Shown: positions 29,004 to 38,983, counted from the stretch's first letter. The stretch: DNA of 64,000 nt from Flavobacteriales bacterium (GCA_039931265.1 JBDTSG010000094.1:17448-81447), one strand, 5' to 3'. The notes: generated by a model from the sequence alone, not told the origin. Made by a program: numbers and translations.

Positions 29004-31669
29004 CCCAAAAGGAGCAATAAGGTCTTAGTCGCCTTCCGGAGATCGAACGTGCCTTTCGCAAGAACGCCGCGGAAGAGATCACCCAGCTCTTCGACCCGGT
29101 CAGGTACGGTGTTGATATTGAAAGCAGTGCGGTCAAGGCTTGGCCTGACCTCCTTCCAATCCAATGGTGTGCTCACCGTCGCTCCCGGCCTCGGGCGGAT
29201 GCTGTACACACTTGCAAGGGTCTGCCCCCTGCGGTTCTGCAGATGGTCCAAGTAGATCTTACGCTTGTCGCGCTTCGCCAACGAACGCTCCAACGTGGTC
29301 GTTTCCGGCAGCATGGCTTGCACTACGAGCATGATGTTCTTCGCGAAAGGCGCGAGCTCTTCATAGGTATGGCGCCCTCCGACCGGTATGTACACGTGCA
29401 GTCCGGAGGCGCCGGAAGTCTTGCAATACCCGGCGACGCCGATCCGGTCAAGCACGACTTTCACAGCCAATGCGGCTTCAACCACTTGGTCGAACGTGTT
29501 CTTATCGCTTGGATCCAGATCGAGCACAAGATGGTCCGGCTTCAACAAGTGCTGTTTCCGCGAGGTCCAAGGGTTGAGCTCTATGCAGCCGAGGTTCGCC
29601 ATGTAGAGCAAGGTGCCCAAGTCGTTGCAGAGGATGTAGTCGATCGTATCGCCCCCGCGACTGTCGGAAGGCACTTGAACGGAAGGAACCCATTCGGGGG
29701 CGCTGCCTCCTGCATCTTTCTGGAAAAACCCGGGGCCCTTCATGCCGTTGGGTGTGCGGAAAAGGGATTGCGGCCTGTCCTTCAGGTGCGGGAGAAGCAC
29801 GGTGTGCATGCGCTCGTAATAGGCGAGCACATCGCCCTTGGTGAAGCCTTCCTTCGGCCAGAACACCTTGTTCAGGTTCGTTAGGTGCACGGTATTGCGG
29901 CCAACCTTCACATCGCGTTCGTTCGACCCGGGCCCATCTCCCCCGGCCGATGACTTTTTCTTTCCCGACGTTTTCGTCTTGCGGCCATTCGTTCCGCCCC
30001 TCTTCACGGACTTGGTCGATGTCGTTCGGACAACGGCCGCCTTCTTCTTCGGTGTCATCGGCTCTTTGATAACCGCGCGAGCGTCCTTGTCCGCGCGCAG
30101 GCCGAGGAAAACCGGGTGGCGCATGTGACCATCCCGTGTCCACTCGGTGAACTTGATGTTGCATACAAGCCTCGGAGCCACCCAAACGGGTGGCATGTTG
30201 GCATCCACGTGGTTGTTGAAAGGCGAAGTGCGACGGATCAGGGGTTTCATGGCCGACATGAGTTCATCGAGTGATCGCGCATCGAAGCCGGTACCCGTAT
30301 GTCCCACGTATACCAACTCCCCCTTTTCGTACACACCGAGCAGAAGCGCACCAAAGTGCTTCCTGCTGTTGCGCGGTTCCGTGTAACCACCGATCACCGC
30401 TTCTTGCGAACGATGGTTCTTGATCTTCATCCAATTCCGGCTGCGCACCCCTACCGCGTAAATGCTCTCCTTCCGTTTTCCGATCACACCCTCGAGGTCC
30501 TGTTGCACCGCCGCGGAATAGAAGGCACGACCCTTCGCTTCCACATGGTCGCAATACCGCACATGCGTACCGTTCTTCAGCACGCGGCGCAGCTTGTCCT
30601 TCCGTTCGATGAGCGGCAAGTGCGTCAGGTCTTTTCCATCCAGGCGCAAGAGATCGAACACGTAATACACCAAATGTGTGGTGGGGTCGAGCGATGCATG
30701 TTGCAAGAGTTGGAAGTCCGGGCGCTCGCGATCATTTATCGCAACGATCTCCCCATCCAGCACCATGCGCTTCCGAATGGAGCGTAGTTCAGCGACCACA
30801 TCCGGGTATGCTTCCAAGAATGACAGACCATTCCTGGAGTAGAGCCGCAGATCCCGGCCTCCCGTTTCCGCCACAGCCCGGTAACCATCCCACTTGATCT
30901 CGAATAACCAGTCGGGGTCATCGAAGGGTTCGCCATCCGGAGAGGCCAACATCGGGCGGATGAAGTCCTTGACCTTCGTTGCGCTGCCAGCGCCGCGAAG
31001 CGTGAAGCGTTTCGCTGGTGCTGGCTGCGCGATCGCAACCGGGCTGGCTGAATTGGCGATGCGGGTACTTCGCCTCTTCTTCGCCGCCGGTTTGCGTTCC
31101 TCCTTCGCAAGGGCCTTGTTGATCGGCGAGTTCTTCGGTGTGTGATCCTCACTGTCATACACGTTCACCGCATACCTGTCGCCGTGTTTGATGAGCAGCC
31201 AGCTTTTCTCCTGTCCATGCATCCGCACCAGTGCGAATTCACCCTTCAACTTCTTTCCCTTCAGGATGATCTTGAGCGATCCCTTGCGCAGCATTGACAT
31301 GAGGAAAGTCTCGGGATCCTTTCCTTCCGGCAGCCCCAACGGCTCGTATGTGCCATGATCCCAGATCTCGACGATGCCGGCGCCGTAATTGCCTTCCGGA
31401 ATAATACCTGCGAAATCCTTGTAGTCGTACGGGTGATCCTCCACCATCATTGCCAGCCGCTTATCGGCCGGTGCCAGCGAAGGCCCCTTGGGAACCGCCC
31501 AACTCTTGAGCACACCGCGCATTTCCAGCCGGAAGTCGTAGTGGAGGTGCGAGGCTTTGTGCCTCTGCACAACGAAGATCAACGGGGCAGGGGTGTGCTT
31601 GCTCTTGGCGCCCCCGGGTTCCGGTGTGCGTTTCAGGTCGCGCTTGGCGCGGTACTTCTCCAAGTTCAT
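29000..31669 (-). CDS. ligD: Multidomain ATP-dependent DNA ligase LigD (phosphoesterase-ligase-polymerase order)
   Basis: The N-terminal 3'-phosphoesterase signature is HYDFRLE…WAVPKGPS. The ligase nucleotidyltransferase motif is EIKWDGYR (KxDG). The C-terminal ~300 aa form a primase-polymerase domain. The start is ATG and the stop is 3 bp from the Ku start. Confidence 0.9.
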   Translation of the reverse strand: MNLEKYRAKRDLKRTPEPGGAKSKHTPAPLIFVVQRHKASHLHYDFRLEMRGVLKSWAVPKGPSLAPADKRLAMMVEDHPYDYKDFAGIIPEGNYGAGIVEIWDHGTYEPLGLPEGKDPETFLMSMLRKGSLKIILKGKKLKGEFALVRMHGQEKSWLLIKHGDRYAVNVYDSEDHTPKNSPINKALAKEERKPAAKKRRSTRIANSASPVAIAQPAPAKRFTLRGAGSATKVKDFIRPMLASPDGEPFDDPDWLFEIKWDGYRAVAETGGRDLRLYSRNGLSFLEAYPDVVAELRSIRKRMVLDGEIVAINDRERPDFQLLQHASLDPTTHLVYYVFDLLRLDGKDLTHLPLIERKDKLRRVLKNGTHVRYCDHVEAKGRAFYSAAVQQDLEGVIGKRKESIYAVGVRSRNWMKIKNHRSQEAVIGGYTEPRNSRKHFGALLLGVYEKGELVYVGHTGTGFDARSLDELMSAMKPLIRRTSPFNNHVDANMPPVWVAPRLVCNIKFTEWTRDGHMRHPVFLGLRADKDARAVIKEPMTPKKKAAVVRTTSTKSVKRGGTNGRKTKTSGKKKSSAGGDGPGSNERDVKVGRNTVHLTNLNKVFWPKEGFTKGDVLAYYERMHTVLLPHLKDRPQSLFRTPNGMKGPGFFQKDAGGSAPEWVPSVQVPSDSRGGDTIDYILCNDLGTLLYMANLGCIELNPWTSRKQHLLKPDHLVLDLDPSDKNTFDQVVEAALAVKVVLDRIGVAGYCKTSGASGLHVYIPVGGRHTYEELAPFAKNIMLVVQAMLPETTTLERSLAKRDKRKIYLDHLQNRRGQTLASVYSIRPRPGATVSTPLDWKEVRPSLDRTAFNINTVPDRVEELGDLFRGVLAKGTFDLRKATKTLLLLLG

Positions 31670-31672
31670 GCG

Positions 31673-32512
31673 CTACGAGGCTTTGCGCTGTTTCGTGGCC
31701 GTGGTTGCCTTTCCCTTGACCGCTGTCTTAGTGTTGTTCTTCGCCGCTGATTTTCCGGAAAGACTGGCTTTCAACACCGCCATCAGATCATCGGTCGGTT
31801 TGCTGTGCACTACTTTCATCGGCGTGGCCTTGGGGCCCTTGCCCTTGGCTTTGGCACGGATCATTTTCATCAACGCGGCCGTGTATTCGTCCTTATAGCG
31901 CTTGATGTCGAAGGTCCCCGCCCCTTGGTCGATGAGCTGCATGGCGAGCTTCAGTTCATTGGGCGCGATCTTCTCCACCTTCGGGAGTTTCAGGTCATCG
32001 ATCGGGCGCACTTCCTGCGCATAGCGTAATTGATTGAGGATCAGTACGGGTCCATCCGGTTGCAGTAAGGCCGGATGTTCTTTTGTGCGCATCACGAAAC
32101 TGGCGATGCCCACTTTGCCGCTCTTTCGCAAAGCTTCGCGCAGCAAGGCGTAGGCCCGTGATCCACCCTTGTCCGGTTCCAAGTAATAGGGCTTCTCGAA
32201 GTACTTGCCTTCCACCTCTTCCTCCTCCACGAAATCGTGGATGGTGATGACGTCGCTTTTCTCCATGGCAGCGCTCTTCAGGTCCTTGTCCTCAAGCACC
32301 ACATACCTGCCTTCCAAGTTGAAGGCTCGGACGATGCGTTCATAAGGAACTTCCTTTCCGGTGTCCTCGTTCACGCGATGGAAACGGATCTTGGCTTTGT
32401 CCTTTCCGTCCAACATGTCCAGATCCAATTCGCTCTCCTGCGTTGCGCTGAACAGGCGCACGGGGATCGTTACAAGGCCAAAGCCTATAGTGCCTTTCCA
32501 AAGGGGGCGCAT
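31673..32512 (-). CDS. ku: Ku DNA end-binding protein (NHEJ)
   Basis: The sequence MRPLWKGTIGFGLVTIPVRLFSA…FHRV…YEP matches the bacterial Ku core. A Lys-rich C-terminal tail is present. Confidence 0.9.
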   Translation of the reverse strand: MRPLWKGTIGFGLVTIPVRLFSATQESELDLDMLDGKDKAKIRFHRVNEDTGKEVPYERIVRAFNLEGRYVVLEDKDLKSAAMEKSDVITIHDFVEEEEVEGKYFEKPYYLEPDKGGSRAYALLREALRKSGKVGIASFVMRTKEHPALLQPDGPVLILNQLRYAQEVRPIDDLKLPKVEKIAPNELKLAMQLIDQGAGTFDIKRYKDEYTAALMKMIRAKAKGKGPKATPMKVVHSKPTDDLMAVLKASLSGKSAAKNNTKTAVKGKATTATKQRKAS

Positions 32513-32515
32513 GGG

Positions 32516-32884
32516 TCAGAGTTTGAGGTTTTCGCCAGCGGGGACGGGCGGTACCGGCTGCACGCGTCCCTCGTGATCGTGGGCGGCTAGCGGCCTCACC
32601 ATGCGGTGGATGAAGTCCTGTGCATGGGCACCGTACTCACCGATGAGGAGGCCTTTCAAGCCAATGCGCGCGGAACTGACGGCGTATACGATGCTGGCAT
32701 CCGCCGGATCGCTCGGCCCCTCGAACCGGTGGAACGAATCGATGCTGAACTCGGCAGGGTCCAAGGGCTGCGCATGATTGAAGAGCCCCTCTTCCGTGAG
32801 CGTGAGTTCATCGTTGTAGCCCTTCTTCTTGAGCGCCTCAACCGCTTCCGAGAGGGTGCCGTATTGGTTGTCCGGATGGTTCAT
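32516..32884 (-). CDS. Small hypothetical protein (122 aa) immediately upstream of ku
   Basis: This is the ATG-initiated C-terminal part of track ORF 32516-33742. The rest of that ORF is antisense to TopIB and probably spurious. The stop lies 3 bp from the ku start. Confidence 0.45.
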   Translation of the reverse strand: MNHPDNQYGTLSEAVEALKKKGYNDELTLTEEGLFNHAQPLDPAEFSIDSFHRFEGPSDPADASIVYAVSSARIGLKGLLIGEYGAHAQDFIHRMVRPLAAHDHEGRVQPVPPVPAGENLKL

Positions 32885-33115
32885 GACATGCAGTATTGCA
32901 TTCAGCACATGTCGATCCCGTGCCTTTTGACAAGACCCAAGACCATCAAGGGTTTTCGCATTCACCACGCTCAACGCATGTGGAAGGATCTCCTCGGAAC
33001 GTGGAGATCCGGGAGCATCCACGCCAGCGGCATCCTTGCGCTCCTTGCATGAGCAAAGGGTGCCCAGGAACGGCACGGGATCATCCAACGCCTTGGTCCA
33101 CCCTACCTCATCTCC

Positions 33116-34213
33116 TTGAACATGGCCATCCGCACTGTGCGCGACAACACAGCCCTGCACGCAGCCCCACCTGAACGGAGCGCAAGCGCTGCCCAACTCC
33201 GGTACATTCGGCGTTATACCAACGGCATCGAGCGGACCGGCAAACGCAACTTCCGGTATCGCTTGGGCGGAGCCATCGTTCGCGATCAAGCCACGCTCGC
33301 ACGGATACGGCATCTCGCCATACCACCGGCATGGACGGATGTATGGATCTGCCCGCACGAGAACGGGCATCTGCAGGCAACCGGGTTCGACGTGAAAGGG
33401 CGCAAACAATACCGGTATCACAATGATTGGAGCGCCGTGCGCAACGAAACCAAGTTCGCCCACATGCAAGCGTTCGGTAGGCAACTGCCAGCGATGCGCA
33501 AGCGGCTGGCCGCCGATCTCAGGCGCGCAGGACTTCCACAGGAAAAAGTGCTCGCCGCAGTAGTGAGCATCATGGACCGCACGCAGATACGCGTGGGGCA
33601 CGACACTTATGCGAAGGAGAACGGGAGTTTCGGGTTGAGCACTTTGCTGGACCGGCACGTAAAGGCCGAGGGTGGTCACGTGCGTTTCGTGTTCAAAGGA
33701 AAAACCGGTGTGCAGCACAACATCAAGTTGGGTTCGTCGCACTTGTCGAAACTCGTATTGCGCTGCAAGGACCTACCCGGCCAGGACCTGTTCCAATACT
33801 TGGATGGGAACGGTGAGGCGCGGCCCATTGATTCAGGCATGGTCAACGACTACATCCGTTCCGTCACGGATGGTCACTTCACCAGCAAGGATATCCGTAC
33901 CTGGAAAGGCACGGTGCATTGCGTCCGGGCATTGCTCGCGCAACCAACGGTCCATACGAAAGGCGACCAACGCACCGTGATCAATGCCGCTCTGGATGAA
34001 GTGGCGCATGAACTGGGCAACACACGTGCGGTGTGCCGCAAGTACTACGTGCACCCACAGGTGATCGAAGCCTACGGAACGGCTACGTTCCGAACACCGC
34101 GCGGATCCGCAGTGAGCAAGAGCATTTTCACCGCCGACGAGCAAATGGTTTTACGCATCCTCGCCAAGCGGCCCTCCGCGTCCGTGAAACCACCTTTCGC
34201 CAAGGCAGCATGA
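33116..34213 (+). CDS. Type IB DNA topoisomerase (bacterial TopIB)
   Basis: …LAIPPAWTDVWICP…GHLQATGFDVKGRKQYRYH… matches the poxvirus/bacterial TopIB N-terminal and catalytic core. The active-site region …RKYYVHP… lies near the C-terminus. Confidence 0.85.
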   Translation: MNMAIRTVRDNTALHAAPPERSASAAQLRYIRRYTNGIERTGKRNFRYRLGGAIVRDQATLARIRHLAIPPAWTDVWICPHENGHLQATGFDVKGRKQYRYHNDWSAVRNETKFAHMQAFGRQLPAMRKRLAADLRRAGLPQEKVLAAVVSIMDRTQIRVGHDTYAKENGSFGLSTLLDRHVKAEGGHVRFVFKGKTGVQHNIKLGSSHLSKLVLRCKDLPGQDLFQYLDGNGEARPIDSGMVNDYIRSVTDGHFTSKDIRTWKGTVHCVRALLAQPTVHTKGDQRTVINAALDEVAHELGNTRAVCRKYYVHPQVIEAYGTATFRTPRGSAVSKSIFTADEQMVLRILAKRPSASVKPPFAKAA

Positions 34214-34713
34214 GCATGAAATGGGAAGTGATCCCGGAGCGGTCCATCGGCCAAGTGGCGATCCGGATCCTCGCAGCTGTCGTGCTCACCTTCTTGGCCG
34301 CATTGCCGGGTGCACTAACAAGCGAGGCCGTCGATGGGTGGTTCTCTACTTTGGACAGGCCCGCGTTCGCTCCACCGAACGCGGTGTTCGGCCCGGTATG
34401 GACGGCGCTCTACGTGATGATGGGCATAGCCGCGGGACTTGTCTGGGCGGCGGGATGGCGCGCACCGGTGAAAAGCGCGCTGCTATTGTACTGCGGGCAG
34501 CTGGTGCTGAATGCATCCTGGACTATCGTGTTCTTCGGTCTGCATGCGCCCCTGGCCGCGTTGTTCGTGATCGTTGCGTTGTTGGTGATGATCTGCCTCA
34601 CCATGCGTGCGTTCTTCCCCGTGCATCCCTTGGCCGGATGGCTATTGTCCCCCTACCTCGGTTGGGTAGTGTTCGCCACGATGCTGAACGCAGGGTATGT
34701 CTACCTGAACTGA
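34210..34713 (+). CDS. tspO: TspO/MBR tryptophan-rich sensory protein
   Basis: Five TM helices are Trp-rich, with motifs (…PPNAVFGPVWTALYVMMGIA…, …WTIVFF…) typical of TspO. The start overlaps the TopIB stop (ATGA). Confidence 0.85.
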   Translation: MSMKWEVIPERSIGQVAIRILAAVVLTFLAALPGALTSEAVDGWFSTLDRPAFAPPNAVFGPVWTALYVMMGIAAGLVWAAGWRAPVKSALLLYCGQLVLNASWTIVFFGLHAPLAALFVIVALLVMICLTMRAFFPVHPLAGWLLSPYLGWVVFATMLNAGYVYLN

Positions 34714-34764
34714 GCCTGCGGCCCGCTCCTTGACCCTGTTGAATGGACTAAAGCAGATGCAACC

Positions 34765-35232
34765 ATGTTAAGCCAACCCATAGCGAAACAACTGGAAGCG
34801 CACTTGGATGAAGTGAGCTTCGTATACCGCTCGTTGCCGCATGCACTGGCCCGGGTGGAGGTGATAACACCTACCAAGGGATGGCGCTCATTCTTCCATC
34901 GTCAAGCCGACATCCTGCGCGCACACCAGAGCGAACTGCGCGGGATAGTTGCCGCTTGGGGCAGGCGCCTGCGCCCGTGCGCATGCGAGGAGGTGACGGA
35001 GAAATTGAACGAAGTGCGTTACGCGCTCGCCGCGCGGCCGGGCACTCCGTTGTTGGAACGCACCGTCCACAAGGTGCTGAGTGAATTGCGCGCCATGGTG
35101 ATCAAGGATCTGGAGGATGCTGAGCGGATCGCTAAGAAGCTCGAGGAATTGGACCTCTCCGCGCAACTGCACAACCTCCTGAAGTCCGAGCAGGAACTGG
35201 CACGCGCTCAGGAAGAGCCCTTCCGGAAATGA
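34765..35232 (+). CDS. Hypothetical helical protein (155 aa)
   Basis: The start is ATG. The translation is all-helical with no TM segment, and the family is unknown. Confidence 0.55.
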   Translation: MLSQPIAKQLEAHLDEVSFVYRSLPHALARVEVITPTKGWRSFFHRQADILRAHQSELRGIVAAWGRRLRPCACEEVTEKLNEVRYALAARPGTPLLERTVHKVLSELRAMVIKDLEDAERIAKKLEELDLSAQLHNLLKSEQELARAQEEPFRK

Positions 35233-35523
35233 AACGGCTTATGCCGATGGACATAATTGGTACAACGGCGTACAGCGAGGTGCGTGTTTCGCATAATGGG
35301 GAAGAGCCCATGTGCGCGGGGAAACGATTCCACGATCCTGGTGCTCATGCACGCTCGCGGATCAATGGCCCCGACCTTGCTGTAAGCGACTACAACCTGT
35401 TCGTGGGGAACGGGTTGTTTTCGCAGGCCATGGTGAATGGGGACATCATCATGGTCGATCTTAAAGCAGCGGCCCTTGACTTTCTGTCAAGGGCCTTCTG
35501 CATTCAATGGGGTTGAGGCGCAT

Positions 35524-35961
35524 TCACTTATCGTCAACGCCGTGCAACTCCTTTTCATCGCGGCCCAACGGAGATCCCAGCGAACCGGCGACATCCCCTT
35601 CGGCATCCTTGTTCGGCAAGGAATGTCCCCGTCGCTCCTCTTCTCGGCCCACGGGTAGGGCACCCGGTTCCACAGGGCGCGATGGTCCGGAAGTGCCCCT
35701 ACCGCTAAGCTCTTGCAACTCGTTCAGTTCGGAAACGATCGTACTCCTGAACTCTTCGTTGAGCTTGGCCACCTCCTCGTGCAGTTCCACCAGGTCCTTG
35801 TCCTCCAAGTTGCTGAGAATGCGCATGAGCAGTCGCTTGTTCACGGCGGCGGCGGTGAGGAGGTTGGCGAAGGCTTCGAATTCAGGTGCGGTGCTCAGGA
35901 AAGTCATGGCGGTGCTGTTTTGTCCATCACGCACGAACGGAAGGCCGGTTCTGAACGGCAC
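35524..35961 (-). CDS. Hypothetical protein with helical N-terminal region and disordered C-terminus
   Basis: The helical segment (…LMRILSNLEDKDLVELHEEVAKLNEEFRSTIVSELNELQ…) is followed by a Gly/Pro/Arg-rich tail. The start is uncertain. Confidence 0.45.
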   Translation of the reverse strand: MPFRTGLPFVRDGQNSTAMTFLSTAPEFEAFANLLTAAAVNKRLLMRILSNLEDKDLVELHEEVAKLNEEFRSTIVSELNELQELSGRGTSGPSRPVEPGALPVGREEERRGHSLPNKDAEGDVAGSLGSPLGRDEKELHGVDDK

Positions 35962-36006
35962 ACGCCCCGCTTTCCAGCAGGGCGCACGCGAAGAGTGATG
36001 GGGGTA

Positions 36007-36468
36007 TTATTTCTCGATGTGCTCGAATTGGGAGCGCAGTGTCTTCACGCGGTCCATGTTGCCTTGCACCGCATTGCGTTGCTCTTGAAGCAAAGAGCGT
36101 GTACCCGCTGCCAAGTCATGGTTCTTCAATATGTCGTCGTAGCGCATCAACAGGTACGATTCGCCGCGTTCGCATTCGGCGAGCAGGTTCGCATTGTCCG
36201 CTTTGCTCAGCGCGTCGCGGACCTCCATCCATGTGCGGTGCAGATCGCCCTTCAATGTTCCGTCCCGGTGCGGGGCTCCGGGATCCAGCTTGCGGAGTTC
36301 AGCGTCCAGGTCGGCTTCCAACGTTGCGCGCTCGCTGCTGAAGGCCATCAACAGGTCTTTCACGCGGCGGTCATCGGCGCGCTGGCTTGCTTCCGCGTAG
36401 CCCTTGCGGCCGTCCACGAGCAGGTCGTGCACGTTGTTCAATTCGGTGAGGTCTTTCTTCTGGTCCAT
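36007..36468 (-). CDS. PA2169-family four-helix-bundle protein (DUF2383, ferritin-like)
   Basis: …LNNVHDLLVDGRKGYAEASQRADD…LLAECERGESYLLMRYDDIL… matches the family signature (…CxxGExxA…, …AECERGEDxxxxxYxxAL). Confidence 0.75.
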   Translation of the reverse strand: MDQKKDLTELNNVHDLLVDGRKGYAEASQRADDRRVKDLLMAFSSERATLEADLDAELRKLDPGAPHRDGTLKGDLHRTWMEVRDALSKADNANLLAECERGESYLLMRYDDILKNHDLAAGTRSLLQEQRNAVQGNMDRVKTLRSQFEHIEK

Positions 36469-36590
36469 GGTCGTTGTGTTTGCGAAGGGTAAGCGAGCAT
36501 CAGGCCGAACCCATCCCGAATTCCGATGCACGGGTTTTCCTGAAGAACCCGTGGAATGGATCACACGGTTCGAGGAAAGTCGTGGACAGA

Positions 36591-37202
36591 TCAATGGACC
36601 ACAACCAGCCTTTGCCGCGCGACTTGCCTTTTGCCGCCCTCCACGCACGCAAGGGAATAGCAACCTGCATCCAAGTGGCGCAGGTTCAGCCAGCCGTCAT
36701 CAAGTGGTGCGCTGAATACCAAGCTACCACGAGCATCGTACACCTCCGCTGTCGTGGCGTGCAGCCCATCGGGCATGCGCACATTCACGCCTTCGTTCGC
36801 GGGGTTGGGTGCGATCGAAAGTGTTGGTGCAGTGCTGGGCTCGTTCATACCTGTGGCCGGCTCCACTACGATGAAGCCTTTCTCCCCGTTCACTTCCACA
36901 TGGAAAGCGCATACGTAGTAGAACGTGTCAGCAGTGAGCAAAGCGAAGGTCTGGCTCTCACCAACGAACGCGGGCGGTCCGATTTCCAACCCGCTGATGG
37001 TGCTGCTGTCAGCCAGCCAAGTCTCTTCGCTCACCTGCCGGAAGGAGTGGTCCAGCGCGAAGAAGGTGACCCGCACCGAATCACCCGCTTGGATCACGAG
37101 CGAGTCCGGTGCGAAGCCGCTGTCCGATACGGCGATGTCGTAGGTGGTCTGTGCGGTTGCGCTCAAGCCCATGGCCGAGGCAAGGAGTACGAGGTATTTC
37201 AT
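36591..37202 (-). CDS. Cupredoxin-like secreted protein with T9SS C-terminal domain (degenerate copper site)
   Basis: A signal peptide precedes a plastocyanin-like fold ending YYVCAFHVEVNGEKGFIVV. Cys and His are present but the canonical axial Met is replaced. The C-terminal PNPANE…LVVVH is CTD-like. It is a paralog of 58379-58999. Confidence 0.75.
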   Translation of the reverse strand: MKYLVLLASAMGLSATAQTTYDIAVSDSGFAPDSLVIQAGDSVRVTFFALDHSFRQVSEETWLADSSTISGLEIGPPAFVGESQTFALLTADTFYYVCAFHVEVNGEKGFIVVEPATGMNEPSTAPTLSIAPNPANEGVNVRMPDGLHATTAEVYDARGSLVFSAPLDDGWLNLRHLDAGCYSLACVEGGKRQVARQRLVVVH

Positions 37203-37318
37203 GGTGTTCGGTTATGTCCTCGGATCAGCCAAGTACTGCGCCACAACCTTGGCAGCGCACTATGCCGACCATACCCCTTCAGTCGGGGAAACTTTGCCAC
37301 GCACGCGTGGAAAAACGT

Positions 37319-37873
37319 TCAGGAAGCGCGGCGGATGTATGCATGCTCGTATGCGCTGCCGTGGAGACGTTCCACCAAGTAGCTGCCCACATTGGCGAGC
37401 GCTAGGCCGAAGAGATCGGCTTCGAGCTTCACGGACATGAGGTTGTGCGCGGAGAGCAGCACCGTCTCACCCCCGATGATGCCGATGGTATGCGCCAATA
37501 CTTCTTTGGGCGTGAAGGCATCCTGCGGGTGCGGCAACTCGATGAACAGCGTGTCCTCCGCATGCTGCGTGTCCATCCAAGTGTGCACGGTGCCCACTAC
37601 GTCCTCCCCGCCCTTGCCCGAAGTCATCTTCCTGGTCTCCTTCATCACCGTGCGTATCCACGGGAGCAGCTCGTACATACGGCCCGGCCCGGTGTGCTTG
37701 CGCGACCACACGCGCACGGGTTGGGTGGCATAGCCCGCTTGGCCCATCAAGTATTGCCGGGGTTCCATGTTCGTTACATAGGAGTCCACCATTTCATTGC
37801 CCAATAGGCTGAAATAGCTGCAGGCGTCAAGCGATTGCTTGGGGCCGGGTTGGAAGTCGTAGCGCAGTGCCAT
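37319..37873 (-). CDS. Hypothetical protein (184 aa)
   Basis: The start is ATG. No signal peptide or confident family assignment was found. Confidence 0.55.
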   Translation of the reverse strand: MALRYDFQPGPKQSLDACSYFSLLGNEMVDSYVTNMEPRQYLMGQAGYATQPVRVWSRKHTGPGRMYELLPWIRTVMKETRKMTSGKGGEDVVGTVHTWMDTQHAEDTLFIELPHPQDAFTPKEVLAHTIGIIGGETVLLSAHNLMSVKLEADLFGLALANVGSYLVERLHGSAYEHAYIRRAS

Positions 37874-38012
37874 GCCGTTGCGTTGACAGATCGCGCGCCA
37901 GTGGTTTCTTATGAACAGGCCACGGTTCGATCGCGTATTTCAACGGCATTGTTGCATGGTTCGGGGATGGCCCAACTACATCGGGGCTTTCACTACACCA
38001 AGAGGAATTGTG

Positions 38013-38032
38013 GAACAACCTGGGGCGCATGC
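38013..38032 (+). terminator. Orphan intrinsic terminator on plus strand (perfect 16-bp palindrome GGGGCGCATGCGCCCC + TTTT)
   Basis: The palindrome was read directly from the sequence. The T-tract lies only on the plus side, and there is no plus-strand CDS upstream within 170 bp. Confidence 0.4.
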
Positions 38033-38159
38033 GCCCCTTTTCCCTGCTCTGCGGCTACCCCAAATCGGTTTTCGGTTCCGCTGAGCGGGCGGAATCATTT
38101 GCTCGCATCTGCAACGCGCATTCGCACGTGCAGGCGGCCTAACCAGCGATCACGCATCC

Positions 38160-38197
38160 GAGCAAACGAACGGCGGGCCGCTTGCGCGACCCGCCGT
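38160..38197 (-). terminator. Intrinsic terminator for lipoprotein gene 38245-38730
   Basis: On the minus strand, the CGGCGGGCCGCTTGCGCGACCCGCCG hairpin is followed by TTCGTTTGCT. Confidence 0.4.
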
Positions 38198-38244
38198 CTT
38201 ATATCAGGCCCTTTCACCAAAAGCAAGAAGGAGCCGATACAGCG

Positions 38245-38730
38245 TTAGTGCCCGTCCTTGTCGTTGTCGGCATCGGTCATTTTGTCGATGCGTTCCGCTT
38301 CGCGCTTGAACCAATTGCCGGTGCTATCGGCAACTACGCGTGTTTCCATTTTCAGGTTCGCCCAATCGGTGGCGGTGGTGGTGGTCATGCGCAGCAGTGC
38401 GGCATCCACGCGGGTAATGTTGATCTGCAACTCGGCGATGTGCCTTTCGCACTCGGCTTTGCGGTCGGCATCCTTGATGCCATCGGCCAATCGTTTCTGC
38501 TCGCGTGCTTGGCGTGCGAACATGTTCTCGCGCAGGTCGTTGAGTTCTTTCACGGCCTCGTCGCGTTCGTTCATCCATTCCTTACTGTCGTCGGCGTTGG
38601 CCATTTCCTGCCGGTTCTCCGACATCTGGTCGGTGGTGCGCTCGGTCTCCTTGCCGGGCTCGCTGCCGCAGGCGGCGAAAATCAGCGCACCGCCCAAGAG
38701 GGCGGCGAATGCAATGCGGTGGGTGGTCAT
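38245..38730 (-). CDS. Hypothetical lipoprotein, charged/helical
   Basis: An internal ATG gives MTTHRIAFAALLGGALIFAACGSE (lipobox). The body is coiled-coil-like and rich in Glu/Arg/Lys. Confidence 0.65.
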   Translation of the reverse strand: MTTHRIAFAALLGGALIFAACGSEPGKETERTTDQMSENRQEMANADDSKEWMNERDEAVKELNDLRENMFARQAREQKRLADGIKDADRKAECERHIAELQINITRVDAALLRMTTTTATDWANLKMETRVVADSTGNWFKREAERIDKMTDADNDKDGH

Positions 38731-38983
38731 TGTTGTGTTTGTTTGGTTCGTGCTGCACCGTAGCACCAAAGACAAGCCGATCCAGTTGCGTACAAGGGTC
38801 GCACGGGATGAACTGCTCCGCAGGCCCTAGAAGGACGGGAGATTTAAGACCTGCTTGCAGCGCGATGGCCGGGTGGCGGACCGGCTTACCATGGGGAGAT
38901 CTTGCCACGATCGTTCTACACCCTTGTATTTGAGCGCTGCGTAAAATTGTACCGATCAACCCGCCCACCTCTTCGCTAGTCGC

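Noticed and set aside
32885-33742. N-terminal 286 codons of the long minus ORF 32516-33742
   Set aside because: This part is antisense to the well-supported TopIB gene and contains no internal ATG or motifs. Only the C-terminal ATG-initiated 122 codons were kept.
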